Of a DNA stretch of 36,204 nt, positions 17,646 through 27,486 are shown in pieces. The DNA comes from a bacterium (GTDB taxonomy: Bacteria; SZUA-182; DTGQ01). The notes beneath the pieces are model-generated. The model was not told the origin of the DNA. It saw only the letters and a list, made by a program, of their open reading frames with translations, and did no database searches. The position numbers and the translations under genes are program-made. Position 1 is the first letter of the stretch; the number at the start of each line of letters is the position of its first letter. The stretch is taken from the NCBI GenBank assembly GCA_040752695.1, contig JBFMGO010000055.1:1-36204 (forward strand). Direction: 5' to 3'.

Positions 17646-19154
17646 ATGGGAAAAGAAACATTAAAATATTATCTTCAAATGTTCCGGTACCATCGGGGGA
17701 TCTTCCTGCTCTGTTTCTCTGTGAGTCTGTTCCTCTCCATTGCCGGCAGTTTCCTTCTGCCCAAGCGATACCGATCCCAATGCACGATTATGCTTGAAGT
17801 AAAAGGCATTGAAAATCCCCTGGCTCAAAGGAGGGAAACGAGCACGGATCCTGATCAGGTAAAGACTATTCGCAACCTGATTCTCAGCAACAATCGCCTG
17901 AGTAGAGTAATCGAGAGGCTGGGACTTGGCAGGTCTGATCAATCCTCCCTTAAGCCCCTCGATCATCTTGAGGTTGAAAGACTCATCAGTCAGATAAGAG
18001 AGAACATTGTCATCGATACCGCCGGCACAGGACTGTTTACCATTACCTATACAGGAGAAGAACCCTCAAAGGTCCGGGACATCACCAATACCCTGGCCAA
18101 TATGTTCATCGAGGAAAATCTGGAACTCACCGGAAGTCAGGCTCAGGCTGAATACGATTTTATTCAAAAGCAGCTCAAAGAGTATAAGCAAAGACTGGAA
18201 TACTCGGAGAAGGCCCTGAAGGAATTCAAGGAAAAAAATATCTGTCAACTGCCGGGAGAAGCAAACTTCAATCTTACCCATCTACAAAAACTTCAGGATG
18301 AACTGGTTGAAGTGAGATTGAAGAGCAAAGAGCTGGAACAAAAGCGGGGGATTTTAAAAAGGCAATTGGCTGAAGAAAAGCCCTCGATCGTGGCCTTTGT
18401 CCAGAGGGAGAACCGGATCAAGCAGATGCAGGTCCAGTTGTCTCAACTGATGTCCAGATATACGGAAAACTATCCTGATGTAATCAAGTTGAAAGCGGAG
18501 CTGGAGAAAGAAAAGTCCCTGTCTGTTCAGACAACGGACAAGGAAAACGATCCTTACACCGAAACTTCCGTTATCAATCCGATTTATCAGAAGATCAAGG
18601 AATCTCTCAACACTATTGAGATCGAAATAAACCTTTTGCAAACCAGGCAGCAGGAGTTAACGAAAGCTATTGAGGTTTATGCTGGTCGAGTGTCCTCAAT
18701 TCCTGCTCAGGAAGAGGAGTTGGCCAGGCTGACCAGGGACAAAAAGGTCAACGAGGAGGCTTACGAAACGCTGCTCAAGCGTCTGGCTCAGATAAATATG
18801 GTAAGAGAGATGGAAAAAACCGCTCATCAGAGCAGATTCAAGATCCTTGATCCAGCCCGGCTTCCCTTGAGTCCAATAGCCTATAATCCCTGGCAGATTA
18901 CCCTGATCTGCATCTTCTTATCATTCGGTATGGGGGTTGGAGCTATTGTAGGTTTTGAATATCTTTGCCGGACCATCAAAGACGAGAGTGACGTCCAGGA
19001 AAACCTGCATATCCCGGTAGTGGCTTATATTCCCAGGGTACTTACCCTCGATGAGCAGAAACAGCAAAATCGACGACGGATGATGGAGGGGCTGGTTCTT
19101 ATTATTTGGTTAGTTTTGATTCTTTCTTCCTTAATGCGAAATGTGTTTCATTAG
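17646..19154 (+). CDS. Polysaccharide chain-length determinant (Wzz/GumC, XrtA-system type)
   Basis: N-terminal TM, long coiled coil, YTENYPDVIKLK, IPAQEEELARLTRD, FKILDPARLP, C-terminal TMs. Confidence 0.9.
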   Translation: MGKETLKYYLQMFRYHRGIFLLCFSVSLFLSIAGSFLLPKRYRSQCTIMLEVKGIENPLAQRRETSTDPDQVKTIRNLILSNNRLSRVIERLGLGRSDQSSLKPLDHLEVERLISQIRENIVIDTAGTGLFTITYTGEEPSKVRDITNTLANMFIEENLELTGSQAQAEYDFIQKQLKEYKQRLEYSEKALKEFKEKNICQLPGEANFNLTHLQKLQDELVEVRLKSKELEQKRGILKRQLAEEKPSIVAFVQRENRIKQMQVQLSQLMSRYTENYPDVIKLKAELEKEKSLSVQTTDKENDPYTETSVINPIYQKIKESLNTIEIEINLLQTRQQELTKAIEVYAGRVSSIPAQEEELARLTRDKKVNEEAYETLLKRLAQINMVREMEKTAHQSRFKILDPARLPLSPIAYNPWQITLICIFLSFGMGVGAIVGFEYLCRTIKDESDVQENLHIPVVAYIPRVLTLDEQKQQNRRRMMEGLVLIIWLVLILSSLMRNVFH

Positions 19155-19186
19155 CTTTATCATAAAGGAAATCATAAAGGAAAACC

Positions 19187-19963
19187 ATGATGAGCTTTAT
19201 TGAGCGGGCTCTGGAGCGGGCAGCCCAGGAGCGGAAAAAAAATAAGTCCTCAATGACCATAAGCCGGAAACCATCCAGGCCATCCATCGAGTTTCAGGAG
19301 TTAGATCCCCGGATACATGCCATGATGCAGGACCGCACCAATGCCTTCGAACAATATAAGGTGCTGCGGACCATGATTCTGAATGCCGGTCAGCAGAATG
19401 GACATCGGCTGTTCCTCGTTACCAGTGCCAATGCGGGGGAGGGGAAAACCACGACTTCTGTCAACCTGGCTATCTCCATTGCTCAGGGCTTGCAGGAGAC
19501 TGCCCTTTTGATCGATTGCGATATGCGAAATCCCCAGGTTCACAGGATGCTCGGAGTAGGGAAAACATTTGCCGGTCTGGCCAGTTTTCTCCGGGATGAA
19601 GTTGAATTTTCCAAGGCGCTGATTAAACCCCCTGTTCCCAATTTAAGCCTGCTGCCGGCGGGACCGATCCCCCTTAATCCTTCGGAGTTGATCAACAGCC
19701 GAAAGATGTCCCTGCTTCTCCAGGAGGTAAAAGACAGGTATCCGAATCGCTTTATCATCATCGATTCGCCTCCGATCAACCAGTTTACCGATGCCTCTAT
19801 TCTATCGCTCAAGGTAGATGGCGTTTTGCTGGTTGCCAGGGCAGGGAAAACAAGAATGGTTGCCCTGGAGGCGGCAATCGCCAAACTGAAAAAAGCCAAT
19901 CTCATGGGCGTTGTCCTGAACAGTATCGATCGGCCAACATCCAGCTATTACTACTATTACTAG
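19187..19963 (+). CDS. Bacterial tyrosine autokinase (CpsD/CapB family)
   Basis: Walker A AGEGKTT, LIDCDMR, IIIDSPP, C-terminal tyrosine cluster SSYYYYY. Confidence 0.95.
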   Translation: MMSFIERALERAAQERKKNKSSMTISRKPSRPSIEFQELDPRIHAMMQDRTNAFEQYKVLRTMILNAGQQNGHRLFLVTSANAGEGKTTTSVNLAISIAQGLQETALLIDCDMRNPQVHRMLGVGKTFAGLASFLRDEVEFSKALIKPPVPNLSLLPAGPIPLNPSELINSRKMSLLLQEVKDRYPNRFIIIDSPPINQFTDASILSLKVDGVLLVARAGKTRMVALEAAIAKLKKANLMGVVLNSIDRPTSSYYYYY

Positions 19964-19971
19964 AGAGAGCC

Positions 19972-21105
19972 ATGTACAAAAGTTTCTATAAGTTGACAGA
20001 AAATCCTTTTAACCTCACACCTGATCCGCAATTTCTCTATTTAAGCTCCGTTCATAAGCGGGCCATGGCTTATCTGCATTATTCCCTGACGGAAAACAAG
20101 GGCTTTTCAGTGGTTACCGGAGAGATTGGAGCAGGCAAGACTATGGTGGTCAAGGCAATCATGGCTCAGTTTCAAGAGCAGGTCAGGATAGCCCATATCA
20201 CCAATCCCAGTCCGGACCCGGAACAGTTGCTCAGAATGATTGCCGAAGAATACGAGATCGACCAGATGAGCGGCTCTTTGTCTGCGGCTGATTTAATCAA
20301 GATGATCCATGGCTTCCTTTTGAAGCGCTATGCGGAAGGGTCAAAAGTCGTATTGATTATCGATGAAGCGCAAAGGCTCTTGGTCCATTCCCTGGAAGAG
20401 ATCCGCCTTTTGTCCAACCTGGAAACGGAAAAAGACAAGCTGATCCATATTATCCTGGTAGGGCAGCCGGAGCTGAGGAATCTTTTGGCATCACCGCAGC
20501 TTAAGCAAATGAGGCAAAGGGTCAGTCTGTGGTTTCATATCATCCCGCTCAGCTTCGAAGAAACTGCCGAGTATATCCAGCACCGTTTGTCCAGGGCAGG
20601 GTGCTCCCGCAGCCCCTTTTCCAGAAGTGCCGTCAGGTCTATTTACAGGGCTTCGGGCGGTATCCCCCGGATCATCAATATTGCCAGCGATGCTGCCTTG
20701 CTGGCTGGATATGTGGAGCAAAAGCATAAGATCAAGTCCTGGCTTGTGGAAAAGGTTCTCGACGAACTCAACCTGAAGGCCGGAAAGGAAGGCAGGAAAA
20801 AATTTTCATTCCCCTGGAAATCAAATGTGCCGAAAACAATCCAGCACCCCCGCTTAAAGGAGGAACTGGAATCGCTTGCCCATGATGTAAACTCTCTTTA
20901 CCGGAAATACCGACAAAGGGTGAGGGAGCAGATGCCAAAGCAGCTCTGTTTCCCCGATGATCTATCCTCCCTGGAGGACAGGGAGTTTGAGGACACGGTC
21001 ATTCTGGCACAGGCAATTTCGCTTTCACTGGCGGTCAATGAGCTCAGAAAGCGTATCGTACAAAAGGAAAACGGACGGCGTCTTGATCAACCTGTTGAAA
21101 AATAA
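19972..21105 (+). CDS. ExeA-like AAA ATPase (XrtA/PEP-CTERM-associated type)
   Basis: PFNLTPDPQF, GEIGAGKT, IIDEAQ, LVGQPEL, GGIPRIIN. Confidence 0.92.
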   Translation: MYKSFYKLTENPFNLTPDPQFLYLSSVHKRAMAYLHYSLTENKGFSVVTGEIGAGKTMVVKAIMAQFQEQVRIAHITNPSPDPEQLLRMIAEEYEIDQMSGSLSAADLIKMIHGFLLKRYAEGSKVVLIIDEAQRLLVHSLEEIRLLSNLETEKDKLIHIILVGQPELRNLLASPQLKQMRQRVSLWFHIIPLSFEETAEYIQHRLSRAGCSRSPFSRSAVRSIYRASGGIPRIINIASDAALLAGYVEQKHKIKSWLVEKVLDELNLKAGKEGRKKFSFPWKSNVPKTIQHPRLKEELESLAHDVNSLYRKYRQRVREQMPKQLCFPDDLSSLEDREFEDTVILAQAISLSLAVNELRKRIVQKENGRRLDQPVEK

Positions 21106-21107
21106 TT

Positions 21108-22016
21108 ATGCTTAACGCACTTTCAATTGATATGGAAGAATACTTCCAGGCAAAAGTTATGGAATCAGTGATCCATTTTCAGGAATGGGGCATGCAGGAG
21201 AGCCGCATCCGGGCAAATGTACATTGCATTCTCAATCTCTTTCAAAAATTCCGAACCAGAGCGACATTTTTCATTCTTGCCTGGAACGCCGAGCGATACC
21301 CCGACCTGGTGAGGGAAATCCAAAAGGAAGGACATGAGATCGCCAGTCATGGATATAAGCATATGGATATCTATCGGCAAACCCCGGAGGAGTTCCGGTC
21401 TGACCTTACCAGAAGCAAGAGAATACTGGAGCAGATCAGCCATGTGGCCATTCGCGGCTACCGGGCACCCACCTTCTCCATCCGGCAGGACACCCTGTGG
21501 GCCCTCGATATCCTGATCGAAGAGGGATTCCGCTACGATTCCAGTATCTTTCCCATCTTTCATGACCGGTACGGCATACCTGACTCTCCGCGGTTTCCCT
21601 ACCGGATCAGGACGCCTAAAAATAAATCCATCCGTGAGTTCCCCCTTTCCACCGTAAGCCTCTTGGGCCAGAATTTCCCCATAGCCGGCGGCGGGTATTT
21701 TCGCCTCCTGCCCTATCCTCTCATCCAGCGGGCTGTACTCCAACTGAACCAGAACGAGCGGCGGCCGGCGGTCATTTATCTCCATCCCTGGGAGCTTGAC
21801 CCGGATCAGCCCCGCCTGTCTATCGGCCCGGTCAACCGGTTTCGGCATTACGTCAATCTGCACAAGACCGAAAAGAAGCTCGCCCAGTTGCTACAGGATT
21901 TTCGTTTTGCACCCCTTTTTGAAATCCTGGCCAGAGAGGAAAAAAAGGTAAGCCTGCCTCTGGTTCAGATATGCGAAGAACCCAATGAAGTCCTTGAAAA
22001 CTTTAAATCGGTTTAA
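21108..22016 (+). CDS. Polysaccharide deacetylase (XrtA-system type, DUF3473 C-terminus)
   Basis: SIDMEEYFQ, HEIASHGYKH, GYRAPTFS, HDRYG, GGGYFRLLPY, YLHPWELDPDQPR. Confidence 0.92.
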   Translation: MLNALSIDMEEYFQAKVMESVIHFQEWGMQESRIRANVHCILNLFQKFRTRATFFILAWNAERYPDLVREIQKEGHEIASHGYKHMDIYRQTPEEFRSDLTRSKRILEQISHVAIRGYRAPTFSIRQDTLWALDILIEEGFRYDSSIFPIFHDRYGIPDSPRFPYRIRTPKNKSIREFPLSTVSLLGQNFPIAGGGYFRLLPYPLIQRAVLQLNQNERRPAVIYLHPWELDPDQPRLSIGPVNRFRHYVNLHKTEKKLAQLLQDFRFAPLFEILAREEKKVSLPLVQICEEPNEVLENFKSV

Positions 22017-22040
22017 AATGCATAATCACACAGATCATCC

Positions 22041-24182
22041 CTAACCCCTGGCTTTTGACTTCCGGCTTTTTGCTTCATCGAGCACCTGCCGCACCCTGGA
22101 CAAAAGATCATCCAAAACGAAAGGCTTGGGGAGCAGGTTCAGACCTGAACAGTTTTGCTGGTCAGAAATAACGTTCAGATTACCCGACATGAAAATCACC
22201 ATCATTCCGGGATGCAGGGACTGGATGTGGCCAGCCAGATCCATGCCGCTCATCTGCGGCATGGTTATATCAGTCAAGAGCAGGTGAATCGGCCCCTGAT
22301 GCTGCTTGCAGATCATCATGGCCTCTTCCCCCTGGTGAGCCTCCAGCACGGTATAGCCGAACTTTTTGAGAATCATGCAGATTGCCGTGCGGACGGATTC
22401 CTCATCCTCCACCAGAAGGACCGTTTCCGAGCCTTTCTGCCCCCTGTGAAGCAGCCTGGCAGAGCCGTGGGACGATGCCGATGGTCTTGACGATTTTTTG
22501 TGTTCCCTGACCGTGACTCCGGGTAAATAGATTTTAAAAGTCGTGCCTTGCCCCAGGCGACTGGAAACCGTAATATGACCACCGCTTTGCTGGATAATGC
22601 TGTAGACAGTGGACAGACCAAGCCCTTTGGCTTTATCCTGCCTTTTGGTGGTGAAGAATGGCTCAAAGAGGCGGGATTTTGTTTCCTCGTTCATGCCCAT
22701 CCCGTTATCACTCACCGACAGCATCACATGGGGGCCGGTCTGAACACCGACATGCTGGCGGGTATAGATTTCATCCAGGTGAACATTTACCATCTTGATA
22801 TTGAGCCTGCCGTTCTCAGACATGGCATCGCGGGCATTGATCAAAAGGTTTGTGAGGACCTGCTCGATCTGCATGGGGTCGGCCCTTACCAGGCCAAGGT
22901 CCGGACCGCAGGCTATGGTCAGGTTAATGTTCGGGCCGATAAGGCTCTGAATGTCCATGCCGGTGATCACGGCATGGAGGTCTATCAACTGAAGTCGCTG
23001 TGCCTGTTTACGGCTGAAGGTCAGAAGCTGCTGGGTTAAAGATGATGCCCGCTCACCGGCATTCTGGATTTCCTCAATGTCCTTGCGAAGCGGATTGTGA
23101 GGGTCGAGATGGCGGAGCAAAAGATCGCTGTAGCTTTTAATGCCTACCAGGAGGTTGTTAAAATCGTGGGCTACCCGGTTGGCCAGTCTTGTGATCGCTT
23201 CCATTTTCTGCGACTGCCGGAGTTGATCTTCGAGGCTCTTGCGCTCGGTGATATCAAAAAGGTAGCCTTTCAGTTCTATCAGTTTGCCCTGTGTGTCAAA
23301 GGTTCCAAGAGCCTTTTCGATGAGCTGCACCGGCTGGCCGTCCCGGCGGCGCAGCTCTGTTTCGTGATAATCGATTTTTTTCTCCCTTTGCAGCAGCGCA
23401 AAATAAGCCTCTTTGTCTTTGCGGTCAGGGTAAAGTGAGTCGAGGTTGCAGTTCATGGCCTCTTCGACCGAGGCAAAACCGAAGATCCGTGCAAAAGCCG
23501 GATTGCAGGCCAGGATTTGACCATCGGCTGTTGCAATGAACTCACCGGTCAGGTCCTCTTCGAAAAAAAGCTGGTAGCGATCCTCACTTTGGCGAAGCGC
23601 TGCCTCGGCTCGCTTGCGATCGGGAAGCGTGCGCATCATCCAGCATAGCTCGGTGAGTCCGGCCTGAGAGGAGGGCAGGGCGGCTGTCGTGACCGAGGCG
23701 GAGAATGTCGGCCTGCCCAGCGGCTTCAGGAGCATTTTCAACTCCTGTACCATACATCCTTCCTCAATCTTCTGAAGATGACTGTTTAATGCCTGGCGGC
23801 TTTTGGCGGCTGTAAAGGTAATCAGTGTCTTGCCAATCAGTTCCCCCCGGTCTACACAAAGCATGTCTGCCGCTGCCTGGTTGGCCTCTTTGATGACTCC
23901 GGCAGAGTCAGTTAAAAGACAGCCGCAGGGAATGGATTCGAAAAGGCTTCGGTAGCGCAGACGCTCTGCTTCTATGGCCTGATGGGCACAGGTCAGATCT
24001 TCCGTCCGCCGCTGCAATTCCTCCTGCGTAATTCTCAATTCCTCGATAATACCCAATAATTCCTGGAGAGACTCAGCCAGCCCATCTATCAATTGAGATG
24101 GCTTTTCGGCAACCCGCCGGTTTACTTCAGCTATCTGCTCCTGTAATGCTATGATGGCAAGGCCAGGACTCTTCTCCACCAT
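22041..24182 (-). CDS. Hybrid sensor kinase: coiled coil-PAS-PAS-HisKA-HATPase-REC
   Basis: VAHDFNNLL H-box, NLLINARDAM, FEPFFTTK, GLGL, receiver LLVEDE/LLLTD/KP. Confidence 0.93.
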   Translation of the reverse strand: MVEKSPGLAIIALQEQIAEVNRRVAEKPSQLIDGLAESLQELLGIIEELRITQEELQRRTEDLTCAHQAIEAERLRYRSLFESIPCGCLLTDSAGVIKEANQAAADMLCVDRGELIGKTLITFTAAKSRQALNSHLQKIEEGCMVQELKMLLKPLGRPTFSASVTTAALPSSQAGLTELCWMMRTLPDRKRAEAALRQSEDRYQLFFEEDLTGEFIATADGQILACNPAFARIFGFASVEEAMNCNLDSLYPDRKDKEAYFALLQREKKIDYHETELRRRDGQPVQLIEKALGTFDTQGKLIELKGYLFDITERKSLEDQLRQSQKMEAITRLANRVAHDFNNLLVGIKSYSDLLLRHLDPHNPLRKDIEEIQNAGERASSLTQQLLTFSRKQAQRLQLIDLHAVITGMDIQSLIGPNINLTIACGPDLGLVRADPMQIEQVLTNLLINARDAMSENGRLNIKMVNVHLDEIYTRQHVGVQTGPHVMLSVSDNGMGMNEETKSRLFEPFFTTKRQDKAKGLGLSTVYSIIQQSGGHITVSSRLGQGTTFKIYLPGVTVREHKKSSRPSASSHGSARLLHRGQKGSETVLLVEDEESVRTAICMILKKFGYTVLEAHQGEEAMMICKQHQGPIHLLLTDITMPQMSGMDLAGHIQSLHPGMMVIFMSGNLNVISDQQNCSGLNLLPKPFVLDDLLSRVRQVLDEAKSRKSKARG

Positions 24183-24496
24183 AAACTTCCCCCCACGTAT
24201 TCATTTCATACCCTCATATGAGAAAGATAATTTTAATTGAATAAATTAATTTTATTTTTATTTTTATTTACACTTATAGTATAAACCATTAGGGAGACCT
24301 TTGTCATCTTTTTTTTGTAATTATATTTCTCTTGATATGAATAACAGATTACAAAAGTGAGGGGATGAGGATAGCTCCGTTTCTGGAGAAACCTCCAGCC
24401 TTATCTCGGCCGCATAAGGATCTTTGGACCGCATGAGGTTTTTCATTTTTTATGCAGTTTGGCAGCGCGGCCTTGAAAGCTCGCTCCTCACCCTCA

Positions 24497-26620
24497 TCAA
24501 TTTCCCGGATTGATAGCAGGAGCGGGGAAATCGCCAATGATTTCTCTCACGGCTTGAAGCAGCTTGACTATAGTATAAGGCTTTTGGAGAAAGCGGCATC
24601 GAGCACCGACTATGGCCGGGCATTGCACTCGCTGCTCCGTGTAGCCGCTGGTCAAAAGAACTGCAAGTTGGGATCGGAGTGAGAGGAGCCTGGCAGCCAG
24701 CTCAGGACCGGATTGATCGGGGAGTACCATATCGCTCAGGAGCAGGCGAAAATTCCCCCTCTCCTGCTCAAAGACAATCAGGGCATCCTGCGTACTGGCG
24801 GCCTCAAACACAGTGTAGCCGCTCTCGGAAAGAGCCTGGCTGGTAAATCCTCGAACTCCCTCGTCATCCTCTACCAGTAAGATCCTTTCACCTTTGCCCT
24901 GGCTTTCCGGTTGAGGCTTGACAATGCTTGGTTCATAGTGTGGCTTTCCGGTAAAAGCCGGCAGGTAGATCCGAAACAGCGAGCCTTGTTCCGGCTCGCT
25001 GTAAACATTGACCCATCCCCTATGCTGCTTGATGATGCCATAGACGACGGGCAAACCGAGACCGGTGCCTTTGCCGGCTTCCTTGGTGGTAAAGAAGGGC
25101 TCGAAGATCTGGCTCATGACCTCCTTACTCATGCCGCTTCCCGTATCAGTAACCGACAGGACTACGAACTGGCCTGGATGGCCTTCGGTCACGGTACTGA
25201 CGTCATTCTCGGTGAGAATTACATTTTCCGTCTTGATCGTGATTTGCCCCCCCCTGGGCATGGCGTCCCTGGCATTGAGGGCCAGATTCATGATCACCTG
25301 CTCGATATTCCCCTCGTTCATCTGGACCGGCCAGAGGTTCGGCGCAAGATCGATAGCGATGGTAATATCCTCGCCGATAAGGCTGTGGAGCATCTTGAGC
25401 AGGCTGTCTACGGTACGGTTGAGGTTGAGAGGAACGAGCGATGTGGGCTGCCTGCGACTGAACAGGAGCAACTGGCGCGTGAGGTCCGCAGCCCGATCGG
25501 CAGCCAGGCTGATCTGGTTCAGATCACCGAGTAAAGGATCGGCCTTTTCGACTTTCTTCCTGGCCAGATCGGCATACCCTTGAATCGTGGTCAATCGATT
25601 GTTGAACTCATGGGCAACTCCTCCCGCGAGAAGTCCAACGGCCTCCATTTTCTGAGAACGCAGAAGCTGGGACTGCATTTTTTCCTTCTCCTCTTCCGCC
25701 TGCCGGTGTTCCCAGTATGCTCCCACCATTTCGGCAACTACCCGAAGGGCCTGGATATCCTCGCCGGACCAGTCCCGTTCAACCTCCGTGTTATCAAATC
25801 CCATGATTCCCATCAATTCCCCAGCCCTTGATCTTATAGGAACCGCGAGAAGGGATCGGGCATCCAAAACTTGAGTAAACGTTTTTTCCGCCCCGGCATC
25901 GGGAGGAAAGGTGCTGATATCCCTGATCACGATATTTTCCCCGGACTTGAGATTCCCAAGCCCCAGGGAAAATGTGGCCGCATCCTGGCCCTTGAGTTTA
26001 TGGATATGAGGTCTGGTTGCAGAATCACACCACTCGTACGTTTCAGCCACTTTCTGATCATTTGCCCTGAGCCGGAAGATATAGGCGCGGTTTACGGCTG
26101 TAATTTCTCCGAGAATCCTGAGGACCTGGTTAAGATCGGCCTCATCGGCAGAAATAAACAGCCTCGATGCATGGGCTATGGCCCCTTCTATAGCCAGGCG
26201 GTGTTGAATCTGTATCTCCATCTGCCTGCGCTCGGTAAGATCGCGTACAAAAACCAGGAAAAGGCCGCCATGCTCGCCATCGAGATAGTTGGCGCTTACT
26301 TCGACCTCAACCATGTTGCCATCCTTACGGCGGTGGACAGTTTCGAAGCGGGCCTTTCCAGCGGCAATGATATCCTCAATATGCCGGTAGACCATCTCTG
26401 GGGTTTCTCTTCCTTCGATGTCGGGGACAGACAGGGATAAAAGCTCTTCCCGCGAGTAGCCGATCAAGTCACAGTAGGCAGGGTTCACGTCCAGGAAGCG
26501 TCCCTTCATATCGACGATCCAGAGGCCATCCATCGAGGTATTATAGAATTTTTGAAATACCCTGGCCCGGAACGAGGGAGTCTCATTCCTCTGCTGTTGG
26601 CTGTTATTCTTATCTGTCAT
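24497..26620 (-). CDS. Hybrid sensor kinase: PAS-GAF-HisKA-HATPase-REC
   Basis: LAGGVAHEFNN, NLALNARDAM, FTTKEAGKGTGLGL, LLVEDD/LLSD/QKP; start MTDK chosen from GGGGA RBS. Confidence 0.93.
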   Translation of the reverse strand: MTDKNNSQQQRNETPSFRARVFQKFYNTSMDGLWIVDMKGRFLDVNPAYCDLIGYSREELLSLSVPDIEGRETPEMVYRHIEDIIAAGKARFETVHRRKDGNMVEVEVSANYLDGEHGGLFLVFVRDLTERRQMEIQIQHRLAIEGAIAHASRLFISADEADLNQVLRILGEITAVNRAYIFRLRANDQKVAETYEWCDSATRPHIHKLKGQDAATFSLGLGNLKSGENIVIRDISTFPPDAGAEKTFTQVLDARSLLAVPIRSRAGELMGIMGFDNTEVERDWSGEDIQALRVVAEMVGAYWEHRQAEEEKEKMQSQLLRSQKMEAVGLLAGGVAHEFNNRLTTIQGYADLARKKVEKADPLLGDLNQISLAADRAADLTRQLLLFSRRQPTSLVPLNLNRTVDSLLKMLHSLIGEDITIAIDLAPNLWPVQMNEGNIEQVIMNLALNARDAMPRGGQITIKTENVILTENDVSTVTEGHPGQFVVLSVTDTGSGMSKEVMSQIFEPFFTTKEAGKGTGLGLPVVYGIIKQHRGWVNVYSEPEQGSLFRIYLPAFTGKPHYEPSIVKPQPESQGKGERILLVEDDEGVRGFTSQALSESGYTVFEAASTQDALIVFEQERGNFRLLLSDMVLPDQSGPELAARLLSLRSQLAVLLTSGYTEQRVQCPAIVGARCRFLQKPYTIVKLLQAVREIIGDFPAPAINPGN

Positions 26621-26711
26621 GGTCTTATCCCCTGATTCATTCCCAATATACTCTTGTGTGGTTAAAAAGTAAAGGCAAAACAGTGAGATGGACGCCCTCA
26701 AGGAAAACCGG

Positions 26712-27443
26712 TCAGCTTTTTGAGGCAGGTATCGAGATCCTGATTTTCTTACTCTTCAGCCAAAGGGACAGGGAGCAGGGCTCAGGGCCTGTTTTTTTCT
26801 GCCTTTTGGCATGCTCGACGATGAGGGCGTGATATTCCTGGTAAAGAATAAGATCTTTGGGGAGACATTGTTCAAAGAGGGCCTTTACGTCATCATAGCT
26901 GCTTTTTTCGTGTATTACTCCAAGACGGCTGAAGATTCTTCGCGTGTAAGCATCGATTACGAAGGTTGGCACTTTAAAGGCATACAAAAGCATTGAATCA
27001 GCGGTTTCCGGGCCAACACCCCACAGGGATAAGAGCTCCTCCCTGGACGGGATCTGACTCTGGCCGAGGTTGAGAAAATACCGGGTGAAAATGGTAACCT
27101 TTTTAGCTTTCTGATTAAAATAACCGGCTGGCCTGATAGCCTCTTTGAGAACTTCGATATCCATTTCCAGAATTTTCTCTGGATCGAGGCATCCTTTTTC
27201 CTGGAGGTTCCGAAGAGCCGTCTCTACCTGAAGCCATCCCGTATTCTGGGTAAGAATGGCCCCAAGGCAAACCTCGAAGACCTGGTTCCTGGTTTCGGGC
27301 AAATCGTAGTCACCGGGATGGTAGCCGGTGCCTGTCTTGACCGGCTTGCACCCTTTTGGGCCAAGCAGAGGCCACCAGCCCTGTTGGCCATATTCTTTCA
27401 GTAAAAAGGTATAGATCGGCAATAAAACCTGATTCATGAGCAT
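26712..27443 (-). CDS. HhH-GPD endonuclease III-related DNA glycosylase
   Basis: GAILTQNT, IRPAGYFNQKA, HhH LWGVGPETADSM, IDAYTRR, EYHALIVEH; start uncertain (27437-27473). Confidence 0.88.
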   Translation of the reverse strand: MLMNQVLLPIYTFLLKEYGQQGWWPLLGPKGCKPVKTGTGYHPGDYDLPETRNQVFEVCLGAILTQNTGWLQVETALRNLQEKGCLDPEKILEMDIEVLKEAIRPAGYFNQKAKKVTIFTRYFLNLGQSQIPSREELLSLWGVGPETADSMLLYAFKVPTFVIDAYTRRIFSRLGVIHEKSSYDDVKALFEQCLPKDLILYQEYHALIVEHAKRQKKTGPEPCSLSLWLKSKKIRISIPASKS

Positions 27444-27486
27444 TCTCTCGATGATATCGATGATAGCATTCACTCAAGGACAGCAT

